Position numbers and translations under genes: made by a program. Below, piece after piece: positions 17,177 to 27,289 of a DNA stretch of 55,283 nt. Within the stretch, counting starts at the first letter, position 1. Each line of letters starts with the position of its first letter. The notes below the pieces were generated by a model. That model worked only from the letters and a program-made list of their open reading frames with translations. It was not told the DNA's origin and did no database searches. This DNA comes from Pseudomonadota bacterium (GTDB lineage: Bacteria > Bdellovibrionota > FAC87 > UBA2466), in contig JAYUGC010000146.1 of the NCBI GenBank assembly GCA_043767805.1, forward strand, positions 1-55,283, written 5' to 3'.

Positions 17177-20101
17177 TCAGAGACCATCGCCACCGTCGGG
17201 GGGAGGTCCGCCCGGAAAACCTTCGCCGCCACCGCCGCCCGGATCGCCTTGGTCGGGCGGAGGCGCGAGAAGCGCGTCATTGTGTCCGCCTGGGACGCCG
17301 TTTTCATCCCCTTCGGGAATGAGGGGCACGTTGGCGTCGCTTTTCGGCTTTTCGCCTTTTCGAGGATCGGATTTGAGTCCGGTGGCGCGTTTCGCCGATT
17401 TCCTTTTCGCGGGCTTTTCCGCTTCGCTGTCAGGACCGGCGTAATCTTCGTTCAGATCGCCCGCGTCATTCGAACGATAGGCCGAAGGGCGCTCTTCATC
17501 GTCGTCGTTCTTGTAAGCGGGAGGCGCGTTGCCGTTGCCGCGGCGGCGCTGAGACTCGATCTTGCGATTGAGCTCTTTTACTGGCTCTGCGTGCTCGTCG
17601 TCGCCGCCATTATTGCGATCGAGGAACTCTTTCCGCTTCCGGAACTTCTCGCTGATGATTTCGGCGCCGTTTAACGACGTGCCGATGATACGGGGCTGGA
17701 GCAAGATGATGAGGTTCGTCTTGGTGATGGAGTTATCCGTTTTCTTAAACAGCCATCCCAAAATCGGAATGTCGCCGAGCAAAGGCACTTTGGTGATCGA
17801 CTCTTCTACGCGGTCGGACATTAAACCGCCCAGCATGATCAGGTCGCCGTCCCGCACTACGACGTTGGTATTGGTCTCGCGCGTGGTCTTTGCTTTCTGA
17901 ATTCCGGCGAGTGCTGACGGTACGTTCGAATTCGCGGCGAGAGAGTCGACTTTCTGCTCGATTTCGAGGCGTACGGTGCGGCTCGCGGCATTTACGTGAG
18001 GAGTCAGCTTGATTTCGATACCGGTCTTCAAGCGCTCGATGCTGGCTACCGAGGCCGCGCCGCCCGCGGCACTGGTTCCCGGAATACCGGTCTGCACCGG
18101 GATCTCATCCTGCACCTTGAACTCCGACTTCTCGTTGTCCAGAGCCAGAATTTGAGGCGTGGAGAGGACGCTCGTGTTCGAGGTCTTCGTCAGAAAATTG
18201 ATGATCGCCATGAACGAGCGCAGGTTGACGGTAGTGCCACCGATGGTGGCCTGCACGCGGCTGCCGGCGAGAATCGGAATAGTCGCGCCTTCCGGAACGC
18301 TCGTGCCGGTGATGAGACTCGTAATCTGACTCGCGTCCGAGATGGAGCCGCCCCCGAAGGGCACGCCTTGCGCGGCGGTGGCGATGTTCGCCGACGCCTT
18401 CTTCTGGTTGTCGAGGGTGACTTCGAGAATCGCGGTCTCGACAAAAACCTGAAGCCGGGGAATGTCGAGCTTACGGATGACGCGTTTCAAAGTCTGGTAA
18501 TCCGTCGAGCTCGCGGTAATGACCAAAGCGTTGGTCGAGGGATCGGCCGTAACCTTCACGCCTTCGCCGAGCTCCGCCGTGACGGGCGAATTGCCGGCGC
18601 CTGCGTTCGACTGATTGCCGCCAAGCGCCCCTGGAGCCGGATTGCTCGTCGTGACCTTGGTGTTACGAGTCGAGGACCGCGAGGACTTGGTGGCGCCCGA
18701 TCCGCCGCTCAGGGCGGCGAGGGTGGACGCCAAATCTTCGGCTTTCGCGTACTCGCAGTAATAAACGTGGATGCGGCCCGTGTCGGTCACTTTAACGTCG
18801 AGCTTTTGGACAAGCTTTACGAGAGAATGAAAGCCCGCGCTATTGGCCAGCACGATGAGGCTATTGGTCTGCTCGTCGGGAATGACTTTGGAGATGATGC
18901 CGCCGCCGCGGGTACGCTCGAGAGCGCTCCGGCGGAAGGTGGTGCGAGGACGGCCCGCTCCGCCGCCGCCTTCTTCGCCGTAAATCTGCGCGAGCATATC
19001 GGCGATTTGCTTGGCCGACGAGTAGCGGATGCGATGCACGTGTAACGACGTCTCGAAGCCTTTGACGTCGAGCGTGCGCAAAATATCTTCGATGCGGCGG
19101 ATGTTGGAGCCCGTATCCGTGATGATGATGGAGTTGGTGGGCGCGTAGGCGAAGAGTTTTCCCTGCCGAGTCACCAAATCGCGGAACTCGCGCTGCACTT
19201 CGTCCGCGCTGATGTACTGGAGCTGGAAGATGCGGGTGATGAACTGATCCGTATCAGGAGCGTAATCGCCCGTGTACGTCTCGACGGGAGCGCGCCGCGC
19301 TTCGGCCGATTCGATGATGCGGATGAACTTACCGCTCTTCACTGTCGTCAGGCCGTTCGCTTCTAAGGCCGAGAGGAACGCCTGATAGGCTTCCTGCAAC
19401 GTCACCTGGCTCGGGCCTAGGATGGTGATCTTGCCGCGGACTTTGGAATCGAGAATGAAGTTCTTGCCGGTCCATTTGGAAATGAGGACCACGACGTCTT
19501 TGATGTCTTTGTCGGGAAGATCGAAGTTCTGAACCTGAAGGCCTTTAACCGAGGAATCGAGCTCCAGATATTCTTCGAGCCTGGGCGCCGCTTTGCCCGC
19601 GCCCGTCGCCATGCCGCCCGCGGCGGCAGCTTGCGCGGCTTGCGTGGGGGCGGAGCGAGGAGCGGATCCATTCGGCGGGCCGCCGCGGGGGGCGCCACCT
19701 AAAGCTTGCGGCGGATTCGCGCGGGCACCCGGAACGGCCCGGGCGGCCGGGTTGGGACGATTGATTCTTTGCGGGGGAGCCGACGGCGGAGGCGCGGGAG
19801 GCTGCGCCTGAACTTGGCCGCCGCCACTGGGAAGCGGAGGCGGAGCTAGGTTTTCCGGCGGATCGAAACCGAAGTTATCCACCGGGTCGCTCAGAACGTC
19901 GTTGTCATCGGGCTCGAAATCTTTGCGGTCCGTAGTCCCGCCGCTACTAGCGCCGCCGAACGGATTGGGCGGCTCCGCTTGCAGCCGTGAGGCTGCGAAA
20001 GCGCAAAGGAGCGCGACCAGGGCAAACCACCCCGCAAGGCGCGGACTAGCTTCGCCGCTTGGTCGTAACATGGACCGATTTGTAATCGAATCAGCGCTCA
20101 T
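17177..20101 (-). CDS. gspD: T2SS secretin D
   Basis: N0 domain (DIKDVVVLISKWTGKNFILD), N1-N3 repeats, LDIPRLQVFVE, VLSTPQI, KVPLLGDIPILGWLFK; Pro-rich N-terminal and acidic C-terminal extensions. Confidence 0.96.
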   Translation of the reverse strand: MSADSITNRSMLRPSGEASPRLAGWFALVALLCAFAASRLQAEPPNPFGGASSGGTTDRKDFEPDDNDVLSDPVDNFGFDPPENLAPPPLPSGGGQVQAQPPAPPPSAPPQRINRPNPAARAVPGARANPPQALGGAPRGGPPNGSAPRSAPTQAAQAAAAGGMATGAGKAAPRLEEYLELDSSVKGLQVQNFDLPDKDIKDVVVLISKWTGKNFILDSKVRGKITILGPSQVTLQEAYQAFLSALEANGLTTVKSGKFIRIIESAEARRAPVETYTGDYAPDTDQFITRIFQLQYISADEVQREFRDLVTRQGKLFAYAPTNSIIITDTGSNIRRIEDILRTLDVKGFETSLHVHRIRYSSAKQIADMLAQIYGEEGGGGAGRPRTTFRRSALERTRGGGIISKVIPDEQTNSLIVLANSAGFHSLVKLVQKLDVKVTDTGRIHVYYCEYAKAEDLASTLAALSGGSGATKSSRSSTRNTKVTTSNPAPGALGGNQSNAGAGNSPVTAELGEGVKVTADPSTNALVITASSTDYQTLKRVIRKLDIPRLQVFVETAILEVTLDNQKKASANIATAAQGVPFGGGSISDASQITSLITGTSVPEGATIPILAGSRVQATIGGTTVNLRSFMAIINFLTKTSNTSVLSTPQILALDNEKSEFKVQDEIPVQTGIPGTSAAGGAASVASIERLKTGIEIKLTPHVNAASRTVRLEIEQKVDSLAANSNVPSALAGIQKAKTTRETNTNVVVRDGDLIMLGGLMSDRVEESITKVPLLGDIPILGWLFKKTDNSITKTNLIILLQPRIIGTSLNGAEIISEKFRKRKEFLDRNNGGDDEHAEPVKELNRKIESQRRRGNGNAPPAYKNDDDEERPSAYRSNDAGDLNEDYAGPDSEAEKPAKRKSAKRATGLKSDPRKGEKPKSDANVPLIPEGDENGVPGGHNDALLAPPPDQGDPGGGGGEGFPGGPPPDGGDGL

Positions 20102-21171
20102 TTGACAGAGTATTGGAGCGACGAGTCACGGCCGCCCCGAATGATTTTAAGGTTGATGTTGTCCGAGCCCCTGAGCGCCTGAAACGCTTCGAGCCCTTTA
20201 CCTGGGTTATCCAGATTGATTTCGTTCACTCCCTTAAGCACGTCGCCCTGGCGGAGGCCCAGTTCGGCGAAGGGAGAGTCCGCGTCGATGGTCTGAATCA
20301 AAAAGCCGCTGAATTTACCCGTGGCGGGGTCGGTATAAGGAACCGCGCGGGCCGTCTGCAAAATATTGGTCAGGTTGCCCAGCTTCTCGTCGAGGAAGGT
20401 GCGCCGGACTTCGAACTGGGTCTCGGAAACGGGCTTGATGCCGCCGCCCGAGGACCCGGTCGTAAACGTCGGCTGGCTAACCGTAAGGGCGCCTTTTTCT
20501 TCCGGAATCTCCACGAATTCCATTTCCTGGGTGGCCCGGATTTGAAAGCAAAGCCGTTTGCGATCGACCTTCATCGCCTGGAACTTGCCGTCACCGAAGA
20601 CGTCGTCCTTCTTCACGCCAATGCGCAGCTGGTTGCTCGATTGGTTGATGAGGGCCACGGAGAAGCGCTCATCGCTCATCACGATGGTTCCCATGAGCTC
20701 TATGGGTTGAGTTGTGGGGCGCGCTTGGCTCATACACTCTAACTGCCCGGCTTCGATGGGTTCCGGGATATTGCCTTCTACGTTAAAAATGTTTCTTCTT
20801 TCGATCCCACCGATGTCGGGCACCGTTTGGGAACTTGCCGGCTTGGATGCCATTCTCGGAGGCGGTTTGGGCATGGTCGGCTTCAAATTGAGGCCGATGA
20901 TGCCCGCTGTAATCTGAGCTAGTAAGAAAACTCCAAGGACCAGGAGCCCCCAGCGGATCCACCCGGAGTACTCGGAAACGTTCTTGAGATTTACTTCTTT
21001 GAGGTCGAAGTCGAACTTCTTTAGCCTGTCTGGAATGCGCCCGGAGAATTTCTTCCCCAAATTGCCGAGCTTTTTGCTCTTGAAGAGCGAGCTACCGCGG
21101 GCTTTGGCATTTTCCAGCCATTTGCCGAGCAGTCTTGGCTCCTCGTCACCGTCTTTTGACTTCCTGCGCAC
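20098..21171 (-). CDS. gspC: T2SS protein C with PDZ domain
   Basis: TM, RRNIFN, LMGTIV (HR domain), LQTARAVP, PDZ LGLRQGDVLKGVN; first gene of the operon. Confidence 0.9.
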   Translation of the reverse strand: MRRKSKDGDEEPRLLGKWLENAKARGSSLFKSKKLGNLGKKFSGRIPDRLKKFDFDLKEVNLKNVSEYSGWIRWGLLVLGVFLLAQITAGIIGLNLKPTMPKPPPRMASKPASSQTVPDIGGIERRNIFNVEGNIPEPIEAGQLECMSQARPTTQPIELMGTIVMSDERFSVALINQSSNQLRIGVKKDDVFGDGKFQAMKVDRKRLCFQIRATQEMEFVEIPEEKGALTVSQPTFTTGSSGGGIKPVSETQFEVRRTFLDEKLGNLTNILQTARAVPYTDPATGKFSGFLIQTIDADSPFAELGLRQGDVLKGVNEINLDNPGKGLEAFQALRGSDNINLKIIRGGRDSSLQYSVK

Positions 21172-21203
21172 CAGCCACCTTTTGCGTTGTAACCCGTACT
21201 CTG

Positions 21204-21219
21204 TGCAATGTGTGGGCCA
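21204..21219 (-). promoter_or_regulatory. Putative sigma54 promoter of the gsp operon
   Basis: Minus strand TGGCCCA-CACA-TTGCA; exact GG-N10-GC spacing; about 32 nt upstream of the gspC start. Confidence 0.65.
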
Positions 21220-21351
21220 CTCATCTGCCTGCGCGGATTTGCCCTAAATGACGGACTTTACGCACCATATCATGGACCTCTTGTCAAATGGGAGACTGCG
21301 GCAAGGCCTTTTCCGTGACAACTTGCCAGGAGGGTTTAACAGTTTCTCCGC

Positions 21352-21720
21352 GTGGAAAATCCCAAAACCATTTTCGAGGAAGGTTGTCGGCTTTTTGATG
21401 CCGGAGAGTACTTCGAGGCTCACGAAGTCTGGGAAGATCTCTGGAATCTGGCCGAGGGAGCCCGCCGCGCTTACCTACAGGGCCTGATTCAGGTGGCCGC
21501 GGCCCTCGTTCACGCCAAACGAAGCAACTGGAACGGCGTGCGAAAACTTTTCAGCACCGCGTTGAACTATCTAGAAAAGGGCCGAGGCAGTGAGCTACCG
21601 GGCGAAGTGGACACGGAAGCCTTGAAGGAAGCGATGATTGACTTCGAGCTCGCTCTTAGGGAAAGGCTAGCCGCCGGAACCGACGGCGAGCTTCCCTACT
21701 TCAAACTCAAGCGCCTGTAA
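21352..21720 (+). CDS. DUF309 domain protein
   Basis: GEYFEAHEVWEDLW...LQGLIQVAAALVH...N..G pattern. Confidence 0.88.
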   Translation: MENPKTIFEEGCRLFDAGEYFEAHEVWEDLWNLAEGARRAYLQGLIQVAAALVHAKRSNWNGVRKLFSTALNYLEKGRGSELPGEVDTEALKEAMIDFELALRERLAAGTDGELPYFKLKRL

Positions 21721-21731
21721 TCGTACGCGCT

Positions 21732-22994
21732 TTAGCGCTCGCCCAGACATTGACTCAGACGACGACCGGCCGCCTGGCAAAGGCGCTGGAAATCGTTGTG
21801 CGCCGCGGCCCAGCCTTTCAAGGCGTTGGTTTCCGTCTGATAAAGGCGGTCCTGATCGATCAGGAAATCGTTCGCGGACAAAATGCCCCGGTTGAACCTT
21901 TCGAGGTTCGCGGCGTAGAGCTTCCGCGCGAGCCCCAAGGTTTTTTCTCGGGCTAGTGCCGTATCTAAGGAGAGGATGAGGGTCGCGCGGGACGAGTCCC
22001 AATCCTGCTTGGCGGCTCTTTTGACCGTCTCGAGCTCCGCTTGCGCGATGCCTCGATTGTGAATCTGACTTTCGTACTTACCGTAGCCCACGAGCCTATC
22101 GAAAAGCGGGACCGAAAGGGTAAGGCCGGCCGTCCAGGCAGGTCCCGTGGTCCGCACGCCCAAAGTCTCGTTGGAAAAGTAACCGTAGGACGCTCGGGCA
22201 TCAAGGCGCGGGAGCATGTCCCCAAAAGCTTCCTTGGCGCGCTGGTCGGCGGATTCCACCCGGGCTTCGGCCGCGAGCCAGTCAGGGCGCTGGGACAGGT
22301 CGGTCGAGCTTCGCTTCAAGAGCGGAGGGACGCTTTTCGAAATCGTTTCTTTCCACGGCCACTCGCTGACAATCTCAGGCTCTCCTAGAAGCCGTTCGAG
22401 ATCGGCCGCCGCGCGGGCCAGGTCGACTTCGGCGTCCCGGGCCTGTGCCGCGGAGTTATCGAAATCGACGGAGACCTTGTCGACTTCCTCGATGGCGAGT
22501 TGCCCCTTCTCGTAACGGCGGCGGGCGACTTTGAGGCCATCCCGGCGCGATTCGAGAATGCGGCCCGTCACTTCGAGTTGGCGCTTGGCCTGAATGTAAG
22601 CGACTAAAGTCGCGACCCCCTCGCCTTCGGTGGTGAGCAAGGCGTTTTGCAGCTGATGTTCCTGCGACGAAATTTCACGGCTGGCCGCGCGGCTAGTCGC
22701 CACGTCCGCGCCAAAACGAAAAAGGTTGAGGTCCGCGACGCCTTCCACGGATCGGTTGGAGGTAGTGACCGCAGCTTCTCCAACGGAGCCCGCTTTGGCC
22801 TGGCCCGTGATGGTCGGCAACCAAAGCAGCGCGCCGGTGGAAATATATTTCGCGCGGGTCGACTCGACGACTTCCTTCTGACGAGCGACGACCGGGCTTC
22901 GCTCGACGATCTTTTCAAGCGCTTCCACAAAACCCGCTTTGACGGGAGACGCCGCGTGCGCGGCGGCGACCAAGACGAACAGAAGCGAAGTCAT
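21732..22994 (-). CDS. TolC family outer membrane factor
   Basis: Signal peptide MTSLLFVLVAAAHA; two OEP repeats (LPTITGQA / LPRLDARA, RPDWLAAE, GLTLSVPLFD). Start at 22994 overlaps the RND stop (ATGA). Confidence 0.88.
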   Translation of the reverse strand: MTSLLFVLVAAAHAASPVKAGFVEALEKIVERSPVVARQKEVVESTRAKYISTGALLWLPTITGQAKAGSVGEAAVTTSNRSVEGVADLNLFRFGADVATSRAASREISSQEHQLQNALLTTEGEGVATLVAYIQAKRQLEVTGRILESRRDGLKVARRRYEKGQLAIEEVDKVSVDFDNSAAQARDAEVDLARAAADLERLLGEPEIVSEWPWKETISKSVPPLLKRSSTDLSQRPDWLAAEARVESADQRAKEAFGDMLPRLDARASYGYFSNETLGVRTTGPAWTAGLTLSVPLFDRLVGYGKYESQIHNRGIAQAELETVKRAAKQDWDSSRATLILSLDTALAREKTLGLARKLYAANLERFNRGILSANDFLIDQDRLYQTETNALKGWAAAHNDFQRLCQAAGRRLSQCLGER

Positions 22995-25900
22995 GGCGTA
23001 ACCTCCTGCCAGCCCAGGGTTACGTCGCGCTCGGAGCGTTTCATGACCGCGCGGTGCCGCCACTCGAGATAAGAGACGTGGAGCGCCGGCACCAAAAAGA
23101 GCGTCAGTATCGTCGATACCCAGAGACCGCCGCTGACCGCGATGCCGAGAGGCTGCAAGATGTGACCGCCTTCGCCCGTGCCGAGAGCGACGGGCAACAT
23201 GCCGAGCACCGTGCAAAGCGACGTGATGAGAATGGGCCGGAGCCGCTTTCTCGCTGCTTCGAGGGCCGCCATCCGGGGGGTCAGGCCACTGGCGACTAGG
23301 CGCTTGATGAAATCGACAAGGATGATGCTGTTGGCGACCGCGATTCCGTTTAGCAAGATGACGCCCAAGGCGGCGTTCAGAGAGACCGTGCTCTTAAACA
23401 CGTAGAGCGAGAGGACGACGCCGATGAAGCCCAACGGAACGGAGACCAGCACCAGAATTGGCTCGATGAACGAGCCGAACTGAATGAGAAGCGTCACGAA
23501 GATGAGCAGCACCGACAAGCCGATAGCGATGCCCAGCTGATGCATGGCTTCGGTGATGTCTTTCGCCGCGTCCTCGAAGCTGACCGCGACGCCCGACTGA
23601 ATCGCCTTCTTACCTACCGCCGACGTCAGCCATTTACTGACGACATCGTGCGCTTTGACTACTGCCACGTCTTTGGTGTCCTCCTGCCCGCGGTTTTGTT
23701 TTCCCGAGATGAAGAAAGCTTCCCGCAAGTTTTCGCGGTAAATTGTCGGCGGCGCTTCTTCCACTTTTACGGTGGCCATCGCTTTCAGCGGGACGATCTT
23801 TGAACCGACTCCCAAGGGAAAGGCTTCGATGGACTCAACGCCGTCGACGGAATTTTGCGGATAGCGGAGCACCATTTCGGTGAGCTCTCTTCCCGTCGGA
23901 AAATTACCCACGCGACGGCCCGAGGTGGCGACGCGAATGACGTCGGCGAGATCGGGCGGCGTCAAATGGCTGCCTTGAGCGATGAGCGCTTCCCATTGCT
24001 CGAAATGGGGAGTCAGGTTCACCGCGCGCTCGAGCGACGTTTCGGGCGTGCTCGTGATGCGATCGAAGACATGGGCGGACTCCAATTGGTCCTTGATGTC
24101 GCGAGCGGCGTCGGCGCTATCCAAAGTGCGGTTGGCGCGCACCGCTAGCCGCATGTGCGGGGGATTTGGAATGGGCAGCTCGCTCGGATTCCATGGACCC
24201 ACCCAGTACTGAACGACAGGAGTGTTCGAGAAATGGGCTTCCATCGCTTTCCAGACTGCTTGCATGTCGCGTTTGTCTTTGAGGCGGGCCATGAGCGTCG
24301 CCTGGTTGGGCTTGCGGATCTGATTGAAGGTGTAGCGGATTTTCGTGCCGAAATGCTCGAGGAGATCGCGCTCCACCGCCTCCGCTTGTTGCTCCATTTG
24401 ACGAAGTAGCGTGTTTCCTTGGGTCGTCATATTGACGATCATCCAATCGGTATCGGGCGTGCCGATGACTTCCTTTGGAAGCTTCGGATAAATGACGGCG
24501 ATGAGTGCCGCGAGCCCCGCCGCGAGTCCCAGGTAAGAGCCCCATTTCAAGAGGGGGTAATCCATGAACTTGCCGAGCGCGCGCGAGTAACCGCTTTCGA
24601 GTTTGAGTAACGGCTTTTCGATGAGCGAATGGTGCGCCTTTGCCGATTCCGATCCCATCATCTGGAGACGAATGGTCGGCACCAGGATGAGCGCGACTAC
24701 CGCCGAGAAACCGTGGGAGAATACGACCGCCTTAGCTAAGTCGCCCAAGATGGCGTAGCTCAAATCGGACGTGAAAGTGAGCGGCAAAAAGACGACGAGA
24801 GACGCCACGGTGGAGGCAAGGATCGCGAACTGTACTTCGCGTACGGCACCCACCAGAATGCGAAGGCGTGTCTGGAAATCGTGCCGCCCCGGGTTCATCT
24901 CGAAGTGACGGAAGATGTTCTCCATCACGACGACGGAAGCGTCGACGTTCATGCCCGCGGAAAGCGCGAGACCTCCGAGGGAAATGAGGTTCAAGTTCAT
25001 GCCGGTGAGCTTCATCAGGATGAAGGCGAGCACCATGCTGAGCGGAATCTCGATGGCCGCGGTAATGACGTTTTTGAAGCTGCCGATGAAAATGAAAAGC
25101 ACGATCACGGCGAGAAGGGCCGCGAGACCAACCTCGACCACCACGTTTTTGACGGCGGAGCGAATGAACTCGCTTGGATCGACGAGCTCGCGGAACTTCA
25201 CGTCTTTCGGAAATTGAGGCAAGAGCTCGTCCACCACGGCCACGAGGTCTTCGGACATCTTCTTCACGTTGCCGCCGGGCTTCGGCGTCGCAAAGAGAAT
25301 GAGGCTCGGCGTGCCGCTCGTTTTGAAACTTCTCGAGTCCATGGACTTGGGCCCCAAGTCGATTCTTGCGACGTCACCCAGGTGGACGAGACGGCCCGAA
25401 GGCGTTGGGATCGGAATGAGAGTGAGGTCGCTCACCTGCCGGATCGGGCGCGGGAGCTGCACTTGAAGCTGATTGGTGCCGATAGTGACCGAGCCACCGG
25501 CATGGGATCCCAAAGTGGAATCGACCGCGGTGTGAATGTCTCTCGGCAAAAGCTGCAGAGACGCCATCGCTTCCGGAATGAGCTCGATGCGAATCTCATT
25601 TCGGGACGGGTTCCAAAGACCGGGGTCTTGGGCGTCGGGCACGAGACTGATGCGAGGCCCAAGGATGGGCTCGATGAGGTTATAGAGCTCGTTGAGATCG
25701 CGCGTCTCACTGTAGAAACTCATCGCGAAGAAGCCGGTGTTCTCGTTATCGAGCCAAACGCCGACGGAGTCCCGGCTTTCCTGGGTGAGGCGCGCGGCGA
25801 AGGCGTTCACGGCGCGCTCGGTCTCTCGCTGGGCCGCGTTCGGGTTCACGCCCCATTTGAATTGCACGTCGTACTCGACGTTTTTCGGATGGTAGTTGGC

Positions 25901-26146
25901 GTAGACCTTGTCGACTTCGACGTTCTCGCCCGAGAGGTTCTTTAGCTGTTGCTCTAAGGTCGCTCCGTAGGTGTTTAAGAACTCTTCCGCCGTGGAGCCG
26001 CCGTAATCCATATGGACGGAGACTTTGGGCTTACTGCTATTGGGAAAAAGAGACACGGGCAGCGTCAGTCCGGAGTAAATCCCGATGAGCGCGATGAAGC
26101 CGAGCAGTAAATAGACGCGGATCGGATTCGAATAGAGCTTACTCAC
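22991..26146 (-). CDS. RND efflux transporter permease (AcrB/AcrD/AcrF family)
   Basis: 1051 aa; LPVSLFP, IPLS, LNLISLGGL, GMNVDASVVVMENI, RLRPILITSL, PLGIAVSGGL. Confidence 0.95.
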   Translation of the reverse strand: MSKLYSNPIRVYLLLGFIALIGIYSGLTLPVSLFPNSSKPKVSVHMDYGGSTAEEFLNTYGATLEQQLKNLSGENVEVDKVYANYHPKNVEYDVQFKWGVNPNAAQRETERAVNAFAARLTQESRDSVGVWLDNENTGFFAMSFYSETRDLNELYNLIEPILGPRISLVPDAQDPGLWNPSRNEIRIELIPEAMASLQLLPRDIHTAVDSTLGSHAGGSVTIGTNQLQVQLPRPIRQVSDLTLIPIPTPSGRLVHLGDVARIDLGPKSMDSRSFKTSGTPSLILFATPKPGGNVKKMSEDLVAVVDELLPQFPKDVKFRELVDPSEFIRSAVKNVVVEVGLAALLAVIVLFIFIGSFKNVITAAIEIPLSMVLAFILMKLTGMNLNLISLGGLALSAGMNVDASVVVMENIFRHFEMNPGRHDFQTRLRILVGAVREVQFAILASTVASLVVFLPLTFTSDLSYAILGDLAKAVVFSHGFSAVVALILVPTIRLQMMGSESAKAHHSLIEKPLLKLESGYSRALGKFMDYPLLKWGSYLGLAAGLAALIAVIYPKLPKEVIGTPDTDWMIVNMTTQGNTLLRQMEQQAEAVERDLLEHFGTKIRYTFNQIRKPNQATLMARLKDKRDMQAVWKAMEAHFSNTPVVQYWVGPWNPSELPIPNPPHMRLAVRANRTLDSADAARDIKDQLESAHVFDRITSTPETSLERAVNLTPHFEQWEALIAQGSHLTPPDLADVIRVATSGRRVGNFPTGRELTEMVLRYPQNSVDGVESIEAFPLGVGSKIVPLKAMATVKVEEAPPTIYRENLREAFFISGKQNRGQEDTKDVAVVKAHDVVSKWLTSAVGKKAIQSGVAVSFEDAAKDITEAMHQLGIAIGLSVLLIFVTLLIQFGSFIEPILVLVSVPLGFIGVVLSLYVFKSTVSLNAALGVILLNGIAVANSIILVDFIKRLVASGLTPRMAALEAARKRLRPILITSLCTVLGMLPVALGTGEGGHILQPLGIAVSGGLWVSTILTLFLVPALHVSYLEWRHRAVMKRSERDVTLGWQEVTP

Positions 26147-27008
26147 CTTGACCCGCCCGCTTTTGCGCTTCGATCTGGATCTCCTCGCCTTCCGCGATGT
26201 AAGAGCTCGTGCGCACGATGAGGCTCATCTTGTTCTCGAGGCCTTTCAAGATCTCCACCATACCGAGGCGAGTGGAACCGAGGACTACAGGAACGAACTT
26301 GGCTTTGCCGTCGACCACGACGCGAACGAACGGGTTTCTGCCCTGGTACGCGATGGCGTGCTCGGGCACTTGGATGCCCTGGCGGCCGCGTGCCTTAAAC
26401 GTTACTTTGCCGACGATACCCGGAGGGAGGTTCGCCTCGAAGTCGCCGACTTTGGCGAGATCGGCCGTGGCCGTGCCGGTGGCGGGATCGACGTAAGGGC
26501 TCACGCCCAAGACTTGCACGGGGGTTTTCAAATCGCTCCCGGGAATGGAAAGCTCGCCCGCAAGACCCGCGCGAATGGCGCCCAAATCGGAGGCCGCGAC
26601 TTCCACCGTGATCTTGATTTGATCGGGATCGGTAATCTGCATGAGCCGCTGGCTTCTCGCCACTCGGCTGCCGATGGTGACGTCCACCGCGCTCACGACG
26701 CCCGCGACCGGCGCTTCGAGGGGAACGGACGCGTACTGATAAACCGGATCCGTGTTTTTCAAAATGAGAAGGCGCTGGCGTTTTTTGACGCGAGTGCCGA
26801 GAGGCGCGAGAATTTTTTGCACGACGCCTTCGGACTCGGAGAGCACGATGGCGTTAATGCGAGGGACGACGCGCGCGGGATAGGTGAGCACGTCGAAGAG
26901 CGCGGTGGCTTTCGCCGCGTCCACGAAAACCATCGGTTTTTTCTTCGCCGTTTCGGGAACCGCCGCGAAGGCGAGACTCCCCACTAAAATCCAACTGAGT
27001 AACGTCAC
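26139..27008 (-). CDS. RND periplasmic adaptor (MFP), apparently lacking the alpha-hairpin
   Basis: Lipoyl halves GVVQKI...GTRVKK and LEAPVAGVV; beta-barrel SPYVDPATGT, LPPG; MP domain VPEHAI, VEILKGL; GGGAGG RBS. Confidence 0.88.
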   Translation of the reverse strand: MTLLSWILVGSLAFAAVPETAKKKPMVFVDAAKATALFDVLTYPARVVPRINAIVLSESEGVVQKILAPLGTRVKKRQRLLILKNTDPVYQYASVPLEAPVAGVVSAVDVTIGSRVARSQRLMQITDPDQIKITVEVAASDLGAIRAGLAGELSIPGSDLKTPVQVLGVSPYVDPATGTATADLAKVGDFEANLPPGIVGKVTFKARGRQGIQVPEHAIAYQGRNPFVRVVVDGKAKFVPVVLGSTRLGMVEILKGLENKMSLIVRTSSYIAEGEEIQIEAQKRAGQGE

Positions 27009-27063
27009 GGATACCTCCCAAAGGAAACGCGGAAACCTAGCATGGGGAGTTGTTCCGGTTCAA

Positions 27064-27079
27064 AGCATAAGTTAAACCA
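27064..27079 (-). promoter_or_regulatory. Possible sigma54 promoter of the RND operon
   Basis: Minus strand TGGTTTA-ACTT-ATGCT; GG-N10-GC spacing with a weaker match. Confidence 0.4.
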
Positions 27080-27238
27080 TGGATTTAATTAAAATTTATC
27101 TAATGAGCAGCGTTCCGTAGACTGACTGTACACAGGGTGGTCGGTCTATGTATTTGATGTCTTTGAATAAGACTCTTCCAACGAGGGGGCCGTCAGCAGG
27201 CCGGCGAGAGTGGAGAATTTTTCGAGCCTGCGGGGGAG

Positions 27239-27254
27239 TGGTCCTGGCCTTGCA
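27239..27254 (+). promoter_or_regulatory. Putative sigma54 promoter of the OMP gene
   Basis: TGGTCCT-GGCC-TTGCA; GG-N10-GC spacing; 35 nt upstream of the ATG at 27290. Confidence 0.5.
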
Positions 27255-27289
27255 AACTTATAGGGGGATTTCATCTTTGAGGGAGCACC

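Noticed and set aside
16163..19045. Long + strand ORFs (318 aa and 349 aa) opposite gspE and gspD
   Set aside because: Antisense shadows of well-supported genes caused by GC-rich codon bias; no motifs recognised.
7129..21171. Type IV pilus or Tad locus instead of a T2SS
   Set aside because: GspC-PDZ, the GspG Ca-binding tail, GspK and GspN, the gene order and the absence of PilT all indicate a T2SS.
24881..26987. Long + strand ORFs (354 aa and 279 aa) opposite the RND genes
   Set aside because: Antisense shadow ORFs with no recognisable domains.
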